A stretch of 64,000 bases of DNA, from assembly GCA_973895155.1 (NCBI GenBank), contig OZ316897.1, positions 13,515,375-13,579,374 on the forward strand, given 5' to 3'. This stretch comes from Marsupella aquatica (taxonomy: Eukaryota; Plantae; Marchantiophyta). The translations under genes and the position numbers were made by a program. Position 1 is the stretch's first letter, and the number at the start of each line of letters is the position of its first letter. Of this stretch, positions 37,261-48,545 are shown one piece after another. The notes under the pieces are model-generated. The model searched no databases and was not told where the DNA came from. It was given only the letters and a program-made list of their open reading frames with translations.

Positions 37261-39806
37261 TGTTTTATAAATAAAGTCCTCCTTTCAAGAAAAGAAAGAG
37301 AAGAAATTGTAATGAGTACATTTGGGCAGCCAGGATGAAAAGCGTCGATCCTTTCCCGGTCAGCGCGAGAACTACCTCATCCAACAGCGGAGAGTGACTC
37401 GGTCAGGGCGGATGTACCGGAGGGCAGCGGGGAGGAGTCCCGGTCAGGGCGAAAGTGTCCGCGCGGGCAGGAGGAACGAGCGTCCCCGAGGAGCAGGGAC
37501 GAAATTTACTAGGGGCCCAGCGATGAAGTTATTTTTCGCGACCCATTATTACTGTGGCGCGAAGGTGGGGCCCGACTGTAGGATTCGTTCAGGTTCAAAG
37601 GTGTTTCGTTCCCCCTCCGTGCCTCTCTCGAGCTTCCTTCAGTATCAGCGTCCTCGAGGACAATGGGAAGCGATGGATGAATGGGACGCTTTGAAAACAA
37701 TCTGAAGCATTGTCGCTGGACGAGATTCTGCGATTCGCAAGTGCGCTGAGGTGGGTCTATTATTAATTAAGCTGTGGGTTTGGGCTGGCGAAGGACTTGT
37801 ATCGTCTCTCGAGTGAATGTTTGATCGCTGAAACACTCTCGCTTCTTCTTTGGAGTGTGGTGATTTGTGTGCTTAGGACGGAGTTGAAGCTGGAGAATTC
37901 CGAGACTGTCCTGAGGTGGGACTGTTGAGCTGTGTTTTGATGTATGAGACCAGTCGCGTTTTTTCTTTTGACTGAGATTTGTGCTTGGGACGGGATTTGG
38001 ATTTTTAATTGAGGGTATGTGCCATCTCAAGAGTGTTTTTGGAGGTGATGGGGTTTCTGTTGGGCTCCTTGTGATCCTCTTCAGAAGACTCTCTGATCTT
38101 GGAGATATCTTTGCCTCGATCGCCCTCCGCATGAGCTGCTTTTGTGCTTCCACTGCCAAAAATCTGCGTGATTCGATCTCTCTTGCTGTCTACTCTCTTT
38201 CAGAGCTTTTCTTCTTCGTTGTCCTCTGCGTTCAGGTTCCGGGTGGGTTTGTTCTAATGTCGTGTGCTTTTGGTACGGGGGTTTGTGTATTCTCCTGGTT
38301 CTCTCTTGTGAACGGCTTCCATGTCTCCCTCGCTGTTACCTTGATTGTCGACATTTCTTCAGTTGTGCGTGCTGCCGTGAACTTGTCTCCCTTTGAAGCC
38401 AGCCAGCCCTTGTCGAACTGAAGTAGGGAGGAAATTGCGCATGAACTAGATTGAAGCAGCTTGCAGTCCATCGTGCTCACATTACCTCCAACAGGGAGAT
38501 CGACGTCAAAATTCTCCGCCTTTCACACATCTCACTGACTGGTACCATCGCTGTCCGCACTGTACCTGCGAAGTGGACCATGTTCTGTGCTGTTTAGTAC
38601 CTTCGAACGTACATTTCGGACTTCGAGTTCAAAATGCAGTGACATGTGCTGTCTGCCGTGCCTCACTCTTCGCGTGTAGAAGAGTCAATTTCACTAGGGA
38701 TCTGTCTGGGCCAGTAGTGCAGATTTTCTAAGGCGAGAAATTGGCGTTAACTTGGTCCAAAAAATCTGTATTCGAATGAGGACGGGAAGCACATGGAATG
38801 TTCGGAATGCGCTCTCTGGTCTCCTAAAAGTTTCCTCTCCTTTCGCAGAGGCATTAGCATCGACTTGAGTCTGTTGCCAAGAGCTCATTTTTTTTCTCAA
38901 AGACAATGGCAGCTCACTTTGTCCAATCGCTTCGGCTGGATTGGCCCCAAAGGCATTTGCATCGATCTAAGTCTTGCGTGGAGCTCATTTTCGTATTCAA
39001 ACATAATGGAAAGCCCACACTGTACAGATCGCTTCTGGCTGGATTTGCCCTAACAACGGTTTCAGGAAAGTCAAAGCGAAACGCAGTGGAGATAGGATTC
39101 CTATCTACAGCGCTCATAGCTATTACCACTGGGTCTGTAGGTGTTCGATTATCCAAGCCCATCGTTGCAATTGCAATTTACCACTGGGGTCTGTACTGTA
39201 GGTGTTCGATGGACAGGTGCAGTAAATAAGCTCCTTAAGGCTCCTGCCATTGTCCGACTCCTGCCATTGTCCGATGTTGATATTGCTCGGCTATACTGCA
39301 ATATTGCTTCATAACATTGCTCTTGATATTACTTGGTTTCAGATGATGCGTTAATTCTCGGACTGAATACGCTCGTGGTATTGCTTGACCCCTAGTCGCA
39401 CCATTGCTTGAGCTAAACAGGGCAATTGAAGCTTTTGAATGTGAACCTTTTCAATATCACATTTCCTCATGATGGACCAGGTGATGGACTCTCGCTGGCG
39501 AGATCCCTGTGCAACTTCCCATCATCTCGCCAGCCAGAGTCCGTTACCTCTCTGCGCTCCATTTACTTAAATGTAGAACACAGGTAGCTACTATCATCAC
39601 AATGCACGTAAAACTTTAAAAGTAAGGACAGGTGAATCTATATAACAAATCGCGATGTGAAGATAGATTCGGAGGAAAGGCTTCTAAACTGACTCTAGAG
39701 GCCCCATCATATTTATGTGGATGGGAAGAAAGAAGGGATATTATGTATGCTAAATCTGGAGATGTTGGCGATGTTCTAAAGACAGAACTATAAGTTCTCC
39801 CCAGCA

Positions 39807-42537
39807 ATGAAAGGTAGCAGGATGAGGGCCAGTCTCATAAGCAAGGAAGGTATCTTCAGCAATGTAGCGAGGCTGATAACTCACGCTGGTGGTGAGTCTT
39901 GGTTTCAAAACTTGTTTATGTTTGCAGTTCAATTGATACAGTCGCTAGTTATCCACTTCTTTCAGACCGCATTCTTGCCATAAATTTCCTGTGCACTATC
40001 CTTGTGTCAGATTCAGATTTTGCTGAAAACTTAGCAGTTGCTCCGGTGGAATTGATGAGACCGAAGGCGGCTGTTACTAAAGGTTCCTTACCTGTCAGAT
40101 TTATCAATCCAGGTGCCTTACCTGACTTGAGACTGATTCATGAAACAGCCGTTGTGCACCCAGATGCCCGGCTTGGCAAGGTAATACCACCTGACCCTGT
40201 TCTCTTGAACAATGTATCATTTCTTTTGTCATTTCATCCTGACTCTTTGCTTTTGTCAGTAAGAGTGACAGTTCTCAAATAGGGTTTCCTTGGCACAGGA
40301 AGTGGAGATCGGACCATTTTGCACTGTGGGGCCTCAGGTGAAGCTTGGTAACGGCTGCAAATTGCATCCGAGCTGCCACATACTTGGGGAAACTCAAATG
40401 GGGGACAATTGTGTCATCTTAACGTGAGTATAGTCTTCCACTGTCTGAGGAGAATAAGTGTTGTTTTATGGAAGGTAGCGAAGCTGAAGTTTGTGAAGTA
40501 CCTACTAGTTTTACCTGTTGTTTGAGCTGCTGAAGAATGACATCATGTCTCAAACTAGGTCTTACTCTGACAAATGTGTAACTGGATCCCTCATTTCCTC
40601 CTTATCTGACAATTAAGGGTACGGTCTGATAGTGGTGCAGTTGTTGGTGCCAATATCCCAGGGCACACTATCATTGGAGACTGTAATACGATTGGCCACT
40701 ACGCAGTGGTTGGAGTAAAATGCCAAGATATGAAGTACAAGGTGTGAAATGCTGACGTTGCCACCTCTGGTGCCTGATCAAATTAGTTGTCTTCATGGAT
40801 TTGTATGCATGAACTTTGGGCTTTCTCGCTTGGTATAGCTCCACCAGGTGAGTCTACCTGCTAATTTTCCAGTAAATCCAAATTTGTAATGAAACAAAGT
40901 GGAAATTGACGATTGTACTATTCTGACAGCAAGATGATGAGTGCTATTTGTACATTGGAAACAACAACGAGATTAGAGAGTTTTCCAGTGTTCACCGTTC
41001 CTCCAAGCCAGATGACAATACGGTATGTCATTTTCTTCCTGTCACAGCTGAACCCTCTCGAATCTCACCATGGTGCACTTCCCTGCGAAATGGCAAGTTA
41101 TGGTCCTCGTCGTATACAACTCGCTAAAGCACCTCGCATGTGGTAATGTTTTTACCTTAGTTTTCGAATCTTGCGCAGGTGGTGGGCAATGACAATCTTA
41201 TCATGGGATCTTGCCATGTGGCTCATGACTGCAAGATTGGCAATGGAAATATTCTTGCCAATGGAACTCTTTTAGGTGGTCATGTTGTGGTGGAGGTACG
41301 GGGTACTTCAGAATTGTTCTTTTGCTCCTTCGGTGTATTCGTCTTTCTTGAAGTTCCTAAGTTCTTTCCATTGAACCATCACAATGTATGGACTTGAGAG
41401 CTGGTCTCGGCTACCTGTCTTGGGATTGCGTACAGGCAGGGCAGTTTAATTTCTTTCAGGCCCTCACTATCGTAGTCGGGGTGGTCCTTATGCCTCTCAA
41501 ACTTGTGGCAGGATCTTGTTCACACTGGTGGAGGAGTTGCAGTTCATCAATTCTGTCAAATAGGGTCTTTTGCTTTTCTTGCTGGAGGTTCCATGGTACG
41601 TTCAAGTCCAAGCTGGCATCTTAGATCTCTACAAGTATTAATAAGATAGGCGTTTACACTGTTTTCTTGTCGAGATATATACTTCATTTTGGGGTGAACT
41701 GCAGGTTAGTTCCAAGGATAATGTGCTGGCTGGTTTATGTTATATAATGATTGAACTTTCACTTCGTTGTCAAGGCAACTTCTTCAACCGTTGAGTGGCC
41801 CAAGTGCAGGTAGATCGGGACGTGCCAATGTATATGATGGTGGCTGGAGATCGAGCAGAGCTTCGAGGGTTGAACCTTGAGGGTATGCGACGGTGTGGAT
41901 TTACAGACCGTGCAGTAAGTTCGGGAAGCATCTTTTTCATTTTGAATGTTCAGATTGAAGACGAGAGGATATACTGGGAGGAAAATCTATGGACTGAATA
42001 TCTAGATGTCACCCATCTTTGTCAGTTACCAGTCTGTCACTGACTCTGTCTGAAAATGTCCTCCAGATCAAGAGTGTACGCAGAGCCTACCAAATATTGT
42101 TCATGAACAGTCGAAACTCTGGTGGTATGGAGGAGAGGTTGCTTGAGCTAGTAAGTAAAAGTTACACGAATACTGGATACCAAATGATGGCATACTACCT
42201 GGTTTTCTTGCGTGGTAGTAGGCTTGCAAAAGCTTTCGAAAGGTTTTCGAAAAGAAAATTCATTGGCTAGGTTGCACAGCATGTTTTTGATAGCCTCAAC
42301 AATGAATAGCGGTGTCTTTTGGTTGTTGACCGATTGAATACCTGCCAGAACCAGGTAGGTGTCTCATTTGGAGCAGCTTAGACATAGAAATGGAACAATT
42401 ATACGATTGTTGTACAGGAAGAAGATGAGGACTTGGCTGCTGAGCCAGCTGTCACGTCGATGTTACAATCTGTCCGTGATTGTTTTGGAGAAAAAAGGCG
42501 AGGGATTTGCAAGTTTAAGCTCTGGGCTTCTGTATGA
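39807..42537 (+). CDS. LPXA: Acyl-[ACP]--UDP-N-acetylglucosamine O-acyltransferase (plant LpxA, probably mitochondrial), 10 coding exons, 363 aa
   Basis: GT-AG exons join in frame (1092 nt): 39807-39891, 40011-40180, 40299-40423, 40633-40741, 40930-41022, 41179-41295, 41512-41595, 41810-41914, 42067-42150, 42418-42537. Hexapeptide repeats [37 protein letters not shown], catalytic-His region [38 protein letters not shown]. The Arg/Ser-rich N-terminus [13 protein letters not shown] resembles a presequence; the first exon is the least certain. Confidence 0.95.
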
Positions 42538-42672
42538 TGAAACAGATGGGAAGGTATGATTTGCACAGTAGAACTCCTTTCGAATGATCTATTGTGATCC
42601 GCTCTCTAAAAATCCTTTCTATGTTGTGTCAAGACAAGACTCATAGATCATGCAAATGCCGTCAATGTGCAG

Positions 42673-42880
42673 GGAGGAGCGGACATCCTGTCTCGTTTGA
42701 TGTCAGTCACTGTCAGGGAGGAAGCGTTCAACGATGCGCGCTTACGTGATGTTCTCATCTACTTCATCATGGCTAGCAGAGACACGACGGCCCTCACTCT
42801 CTCCTGGCTCGTCTATAAGCTATGCAAGAGCCCTCATGTGGTGGAAAATTTACTCTCTGATGTAGAACTTCTTCCATGGG
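42673..42880 (+). pseudogene. Cytochrome P450 fragment, CYP86 clan (CYP704/86/94-like), I-helix region only
   Basis: DILSRLM...LRDVLIYFIMASRDTTALTLSWLVYKLCKSPHVVENL parallels DLLSRF...LRDIILNFxIAGRDTTAxTLSWFxYxLxxxPxV. Starts at a CAG acceptor. No ExxR or haem-Cys exon nearby. Confidence 0.8.
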
Positions 42881-43726
42881 TCCACAGAAAGACTTAACCA
42901 GGCCTCTACAGCTGAATCCGATTGCGTCCACAGATGCTAGCACAGCTCGCAGTAAGCGCAGTCATTGTCGGGGTGTGACTCTGGTTGCACACATCTGTAG
43001 GTGCTCGATCCCAATTCAGCTGCCACAATGCTTGTGCAGTGAAAGGCTCTTCATCATTTGAGTTCAAGCGCTCAGAGCAATAACAACAGGAAGTCGGACG
43101 CATTGAGCTCTTACATGTTCACAATTTAGATACGACATCGAAACCCCAACATGAGGAGAAGGCTCCTCCTCAACTACATCGATCAGGTGAAGCAGAAAAT
43201 AGCAGGATTCGATGCTGGTTTTGTGAGCTTCACTGAGCCTCACTAAGTTCTTAGTAATGTATGAGACTTGGTACATAAAACTATGGTGGTGGTCCACGTA
43301 GCCATCATGAATGTGTAGGGTAACCCATCCCCAAGAGTAATGGGCTGTAATCCCCCAGGGTGCTGAGTCGGATGGGGTTACATTCATTATCTTGAAGTGG
43401 GGATGAGTTCCTGAGAGTAAAGCCTGAGTGAATTTTTACACTACATTTGGTTCACTTTTACATAGGAAAAGTGAGGATGAGTTACTTAGCATAAAGCCTG
43501 AGTGAAGTTTTACATAACATTTGTATCAATTTTACATATGGAAAGTCAATTTTTACATAGCATTTGGTTCAAATTTACATACTAAAAGTCAATCTGGTAC
43601 GTCACTGTCTGACACTTGCACTTTACTATATTTATCATTCAAATCTCATAATCCCAGGACCTGACCCACTTGCACTTTAGTATATTTCTCATTCAAATTC
43701 CATAGTCCCCAGGCCAGGTTGGCCCA

Positions 43727-44300
43727 AGGGTTATGTGGCTTCACCCCTGAATAATGCCTTGTAACCTTGTACACACATACAGAGGAAAATACCAAGGGTT
43801 ATGTGGTTTCACCCATGAATAATGCCTTCTGACCTTGTACACACATACACAGGAAAATTCACCCATGAAGAATGCCTTGTAACCTTGTACACACATACAC
43901 AGTAAAATACCAGGGGTTATGTGGCTTCACCCACTAATAATGCCTTGTAACCTTGTATACACATACACAGGAAAATATTCAGGAAGGGTTTACGGTTTAC
44001 CCATGAATAATGCCTTGTAACCTTGTACACACAAACACTGGACAATATTCAGGAAGGGTTTATGGTTTGTGGACTGTGTTTTCACCGTCAATCACTTTGA
44101 AGGGTCTTTGGCATCCTAGACAGGGGACCTCATCATCCATCGGGAATGGCATGTGGACTGTGTTTGCACCGTCAATCGCCTTTGGGGGTCTTTGGCATAC
44201 TAGACAGGGGACCACATCAGTGAGTTTTCAGGATGGATCTCACTTTTGGGGGTCTTTGGCATCCTAGACAGGGGAATTCATCAATGAGTTCTCAGGATGG
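43727..44300. repeat. Compound minisatellite: ~70-bp unit x5, then a second unit x3
   Basis: AATGCCTTGTAACCTTGTACACACATACACAGGAAAATA recurs at ~43753, 43822, 43872, 43938 and 44008. GGGTCTTTGGCATCCTAGACAGGGGA recurs at ~44103, 44186 and 44250. Confidence 0.85.
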
Positions 44301-47300
44301 ATTCGGTATTGCCAACGCCTTCCTGGGGTCTTCTGGTGTTAACTCCAATTTATTGGGTCTCTTGTCTGGAGGGTCGTGTCTCCGCCTTTTATTTCTTGGT
44401 AGGGTGGTATACATAGGATTTTCCCTTGTTAAGTCCGATTGATTGGGTGTATAGTTATAGTGAGTTCAGTTTAAACTTTTTGTCTGTTGATTTGCATGTC
44501 AATTTTTTTTACATTCTCTTTTACGGCATGGTGTCGCAATTTTTGCAGAAAGTTGCCACAAACATGACCGCAGAAGTTAAATTTATTAAAAAAAAAGTCT
44601 CTTCGTGTTTGCAGCGTGCCATGAAGATGCGACGCGCTGTGGAGCCTGAAATTTTGGAAAGGATCCCTAATGACGGGACCAGAAAAGGGCCCCAGAAAGT
44701 ATTTTCTTAAAAGTGTGTTGTGGAAAAGGTGTCTGGAAAGTAATTAAAAGTGTATTGTTCAGCCGATTGTGACCATTGGTTGGGTCATGTGCCTGGTTGA
44801 ATGAGGCAGTCATACAAGATTGCCCGGGAAGAACCTGCTCCATCAGCAAGTTATCAATATGGGATTTGGTATAGCTAAAGGCATCCATATTTTTCTGTTT
44901 CGATTAGGTGGCAAGTGAGGCATAGGTTCTACCTGATTGTGCAGATATAGATTTTATAAAAAAAACTAGCCTATTCCTTTGGACACTAACTAGTGGTGGA
45001 AACACAAAGGGTCACATTTCATTTGTTGCCCCCGTCCATTTCTGCCCCTACCTGATTAGAGTCATGGTCTAGAGACTTCACTTTGTACCATAGCCATTAT
45101 TCTAGCTCCTTTCTGTGATTACACACAAAGATTTTGCAACTTTTTCTGTCTAAGGGGTGAGGGAAGATGACCTCCAGTAGACCACAGTGTTCGACTAAAT
45201 GAGGATGTTGATGCCCTTTGCGGAGCTTCCGCTTTGACTGTGAACTGCTGCTTATTTCTGTAGACTACTTCAAGGGAAGCAATTCGATCATCTTGTGATC
45301 TTTCAAATTAATTGACAAACATTGAGATTGAGAATCCTTTGGTTTCAAATTAATTGACGAACATTGAGATCCAGAATTGTTTGGAGAGACCTTCCAGCAT
45401 GCATTTTACGTACATCAATCAAATCCAAAGACACGACATGAAAACTACTTTTCAAAGTGTCCTTGTTTCGAGTAGCGGTTTGATGAAGCTGGTGCAATTG
45501 GTGGAAGAAATCAATTGTGCAAGGAGATTTCATCTACACACTAATGTCCATAGTAAGTGACATTGAGCGCTACTATTTTAGTGGAACTGTTGTCGAACAT
45601 CTAGGGCATGTCAAAGCACTACCATAGTCAAGGTCTTATGGAAGTGATTAATTTGGATTCTTAACCTTACGAGGCGGCATGTATGTAGGTAGCCTCTAAA
45701 TTTACTCCTGCCCACAAAATCATTTATAATCCATGGCGGTATCTCAGTTATGACCCTGTTTTGACCAGCCATAATCAGATGTCCAAAACACTACCATAGT
45801 CAAGGTCTTATCCAAGTGATTAATTTGGAGTCTTACCCTCACGAGGCATGTATGTAGCTATCCTCTAAAATTTTGTCCCGCCCACAATCATTCTATAATC
45901 CTTGGCGGCATTTCACTTATGACCCTATTTTGACCTGCCCTAATCAGATGTCCACGCAGTTGGACACAGGAGCAGCATTTTTGTGGATAGTAACTGACTT
46001 CGAGTGGAACTCTTGTCAAACATAGATTTGATGACCAGGCAGTTGGACACGGTACTATTGCCATGGAGCATTGTTGATACTTCTAAGTGATGTTGAGTGG
46101 AACTCTTGCTGAACATAAATGAGATGTTCAGGCAGTTGACATGGCGGGGAGAGTGATGGGCTGGGTGTCAGGTCACCTTGAGGCCCATCTCATGGAAAAT
46201 GTGGCCATAATCTAGTTGCCAGGGAGAGTTCTTCTAGAATGACATTTCCAAAGAGAAAGAAAGAGCCAGGTTCCATATTACAATGTTTAGATGTGTAGCA
46301 TGACCTAGGGCCTTTGTCCCACTTTGCCCCCACACTCCTACACGCAACAAGTGGGCCTGGTGAGGCCCTTGAACTGACCATCATCCTGCCTTGATGTCCG
46401 AGATTGGAGGTGATCACGTTGATGCCTTGATGTCCGAAATTGGAGGTGATCACGTTGATTCCACAGCTATAGATGGTCTCAAGCCAATTCAAATGTGTGC
46501 AAGTGGACCAATGGTGTTTGCTCTTGAGCCAGAACTTGGCCTGGGTGCTTCCAATGCTCTGTTCTTAAACCTCCAAATGGCAGGTTGATTTCCCATCACT
46601 TTGTTAAACCTTCAAATGGCAGGTTGGTTTTCCCTGCGCCCGTGGGAAGGCTCTTAGCTTGAGGGGGCTATGGCATGTGGACTTTAATCCCTGAGGGCCC
46701 TTAGCTTTAGGGGGTTACACCTTTTAGCTCTCAAAGCGGCCATGGATTCTCAGGTGTAGACACCACTTGTGTTGATGTTATATTTTCATGAAAAGAAATC
46801 ACCCAAGGCTCATAACCCTGAGCTAAGTGGCCAGGAGTTAAGTCCTATGACTTTGAACAAAATGCAAGGAAAACAATACACAAGGGGATTACAGATTTTA
46901 AGATCAACAGTCACAGAACAAGCCATGCGCAATGCCCAGTAACAGCAATGGCTCTCAAGTGCAGATTGTTACAGTAGAGAAAGAATTCAAGGTAGTATAA
47001 TGCTTATTTCCAGCCAGTTAGAGCACGTAAAAAAATTTCTTGAGAAGGTGTAAACCTGGTCAAACCCAAACCGACCTTTGCCTTGACAGGGCCTAACTTT
47101 GAAAATAGTTGATATAGTGTTTTCTTTGTCAACCTTGGCTGCTGCCACAGTTTGTGTATCAGATTGTATTCTGGCCTCATCAAGTAATTTTCAAAGTGCT
47201 GACCTTTGGGTTTTCAAAATTTCTCAGGAAAACCCAGTTTGGTCCCCTCCTGTTCTCTTTTGCTAGGGAAGCTTCTACACCTCTGGCTTACACAGCCAGT

Positions 47301-48298
47301 GTTCATAGAGCAGAACCTGGGGGATCCATGTTACGAAAGTTAGTCAATATTGTTCCTAAGAAGGTAAAAAAGTGTACCTATTTTTATCTGCTAGCTTGGA
47401 GGTCTTCAGGTCCCAACACCCTATTTTAACTGTTTCCTTGGGAACTGTTTTGTTTCTTGTATAGAGGGACAGCCTTATCTTCCTGTGTTGGTCCTCATCG
47501 GCTTCTTTTGGCTGCGAGTGTCCATTGCTCTTCAGTCCACTCAGGCATTGACTTTCCTTCGTTGGTTTGAGGCAGTTAGTTTTAGGGCATCAAGTCAAAT
47601 CCCTCTCTATAATCCTCCTATGCAATTCACTTTGAAGCTCTACCAGGCTTTTCAGCTTGTCGCTCAATTGGGCTTTAGTTCTTTGGCCATGGGGACTGTA
47701 GGGCTTTGTGACTCTTGGGATTTCCCAGTTTTTCCCTATTAGTCTTCCCTGTATTGGGTTTTTGGCCTTTGCTATCATGTCTCCCAGCATTTTTGTTCCT
47801 TTGCAGTTCTATATATAGATGTACAAGGAAGTTATGGATTGATTAGGGAACATTCATGACATCAACCCCAATAGTCCACTACCAATAGCACACCTCAAAG
47901 TCTCACGCGGTTTCTATACTCAATGTACTATAGAGCTATCCCTCTTAGTGCAAGACGTTTCTGTGAATATTACTTATTTTTCATTCCAGAAAATAATACA
48001 ACGCCATACTATTGTTATACTGTTTTCCTTTCTAATTTTAGAAACAAGGTATACACTGAAAATTTGTTGTTTACATCATGACTTCTAACATATTCTTAGA
48101 ATCTACATAACTGAATTATTTTTGAGGTTTCCCAAACACTCAAACAATTTGTCAATTAAGTCCAAATTAAGTTCAATCTATACAATTATTAATTGCCAAA
48201 ATCTAGATGGCACTGAGGTAACTGACCACCCTCACCCTGTCTTACACTAAAGAGACACTCTGGCATCCCACCCTTCAAAACTTTCCATCCAAATTAAC

Positions 48299-48545
48299 TG
48301 GCTTAAGTTAGCTGGCTAGGAGATTAGCCTGGAACTGAAAGGTCCCAGAGTCAATCCCCTCCACACACATGGGTGTGGACAGTATATATATGTGAGTGGG
48401 ATGGGTTTTGTGGATAGTGTATGGGAGTTATGATTATCTACTCGGCCCTTGATTGTCCATTTTGTGGCCAAAAGCTCTCCCTCCTGGTGTTGGTCCCTCT
48501 GTGAATCTGTGGGGCTCAGCCTGAAATAGATTCCGATAAAGAATG
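48299..48545 (+). mobile_element. Possible tRNA-derived SINE
   Basis: Head GGCTTAAGTTAGCTGGCTAGG...GGTCCCAGAGTCAATCCC has degenerate Pol III A-box and B-box at tRNA-like spacing, followed by an unrelated body. No clean TSD or tail. Confidence 0.3.

Noticed and set aside
39807-42537. Bacterial contamination or recent HGT of lpxA
   Set aside because: Nine spliceosomal introns, a presequence-like N-terminus and the plant-type extra coil indicate the normal plant nuclear gene.
43727-44070. CRISPR-like regular repeat array
   Set aside because: The sequence between the conserved cores is itself repeated (no unique spacers), there are no cas genes, and the context is eukaryotic. It is a minisatellite.
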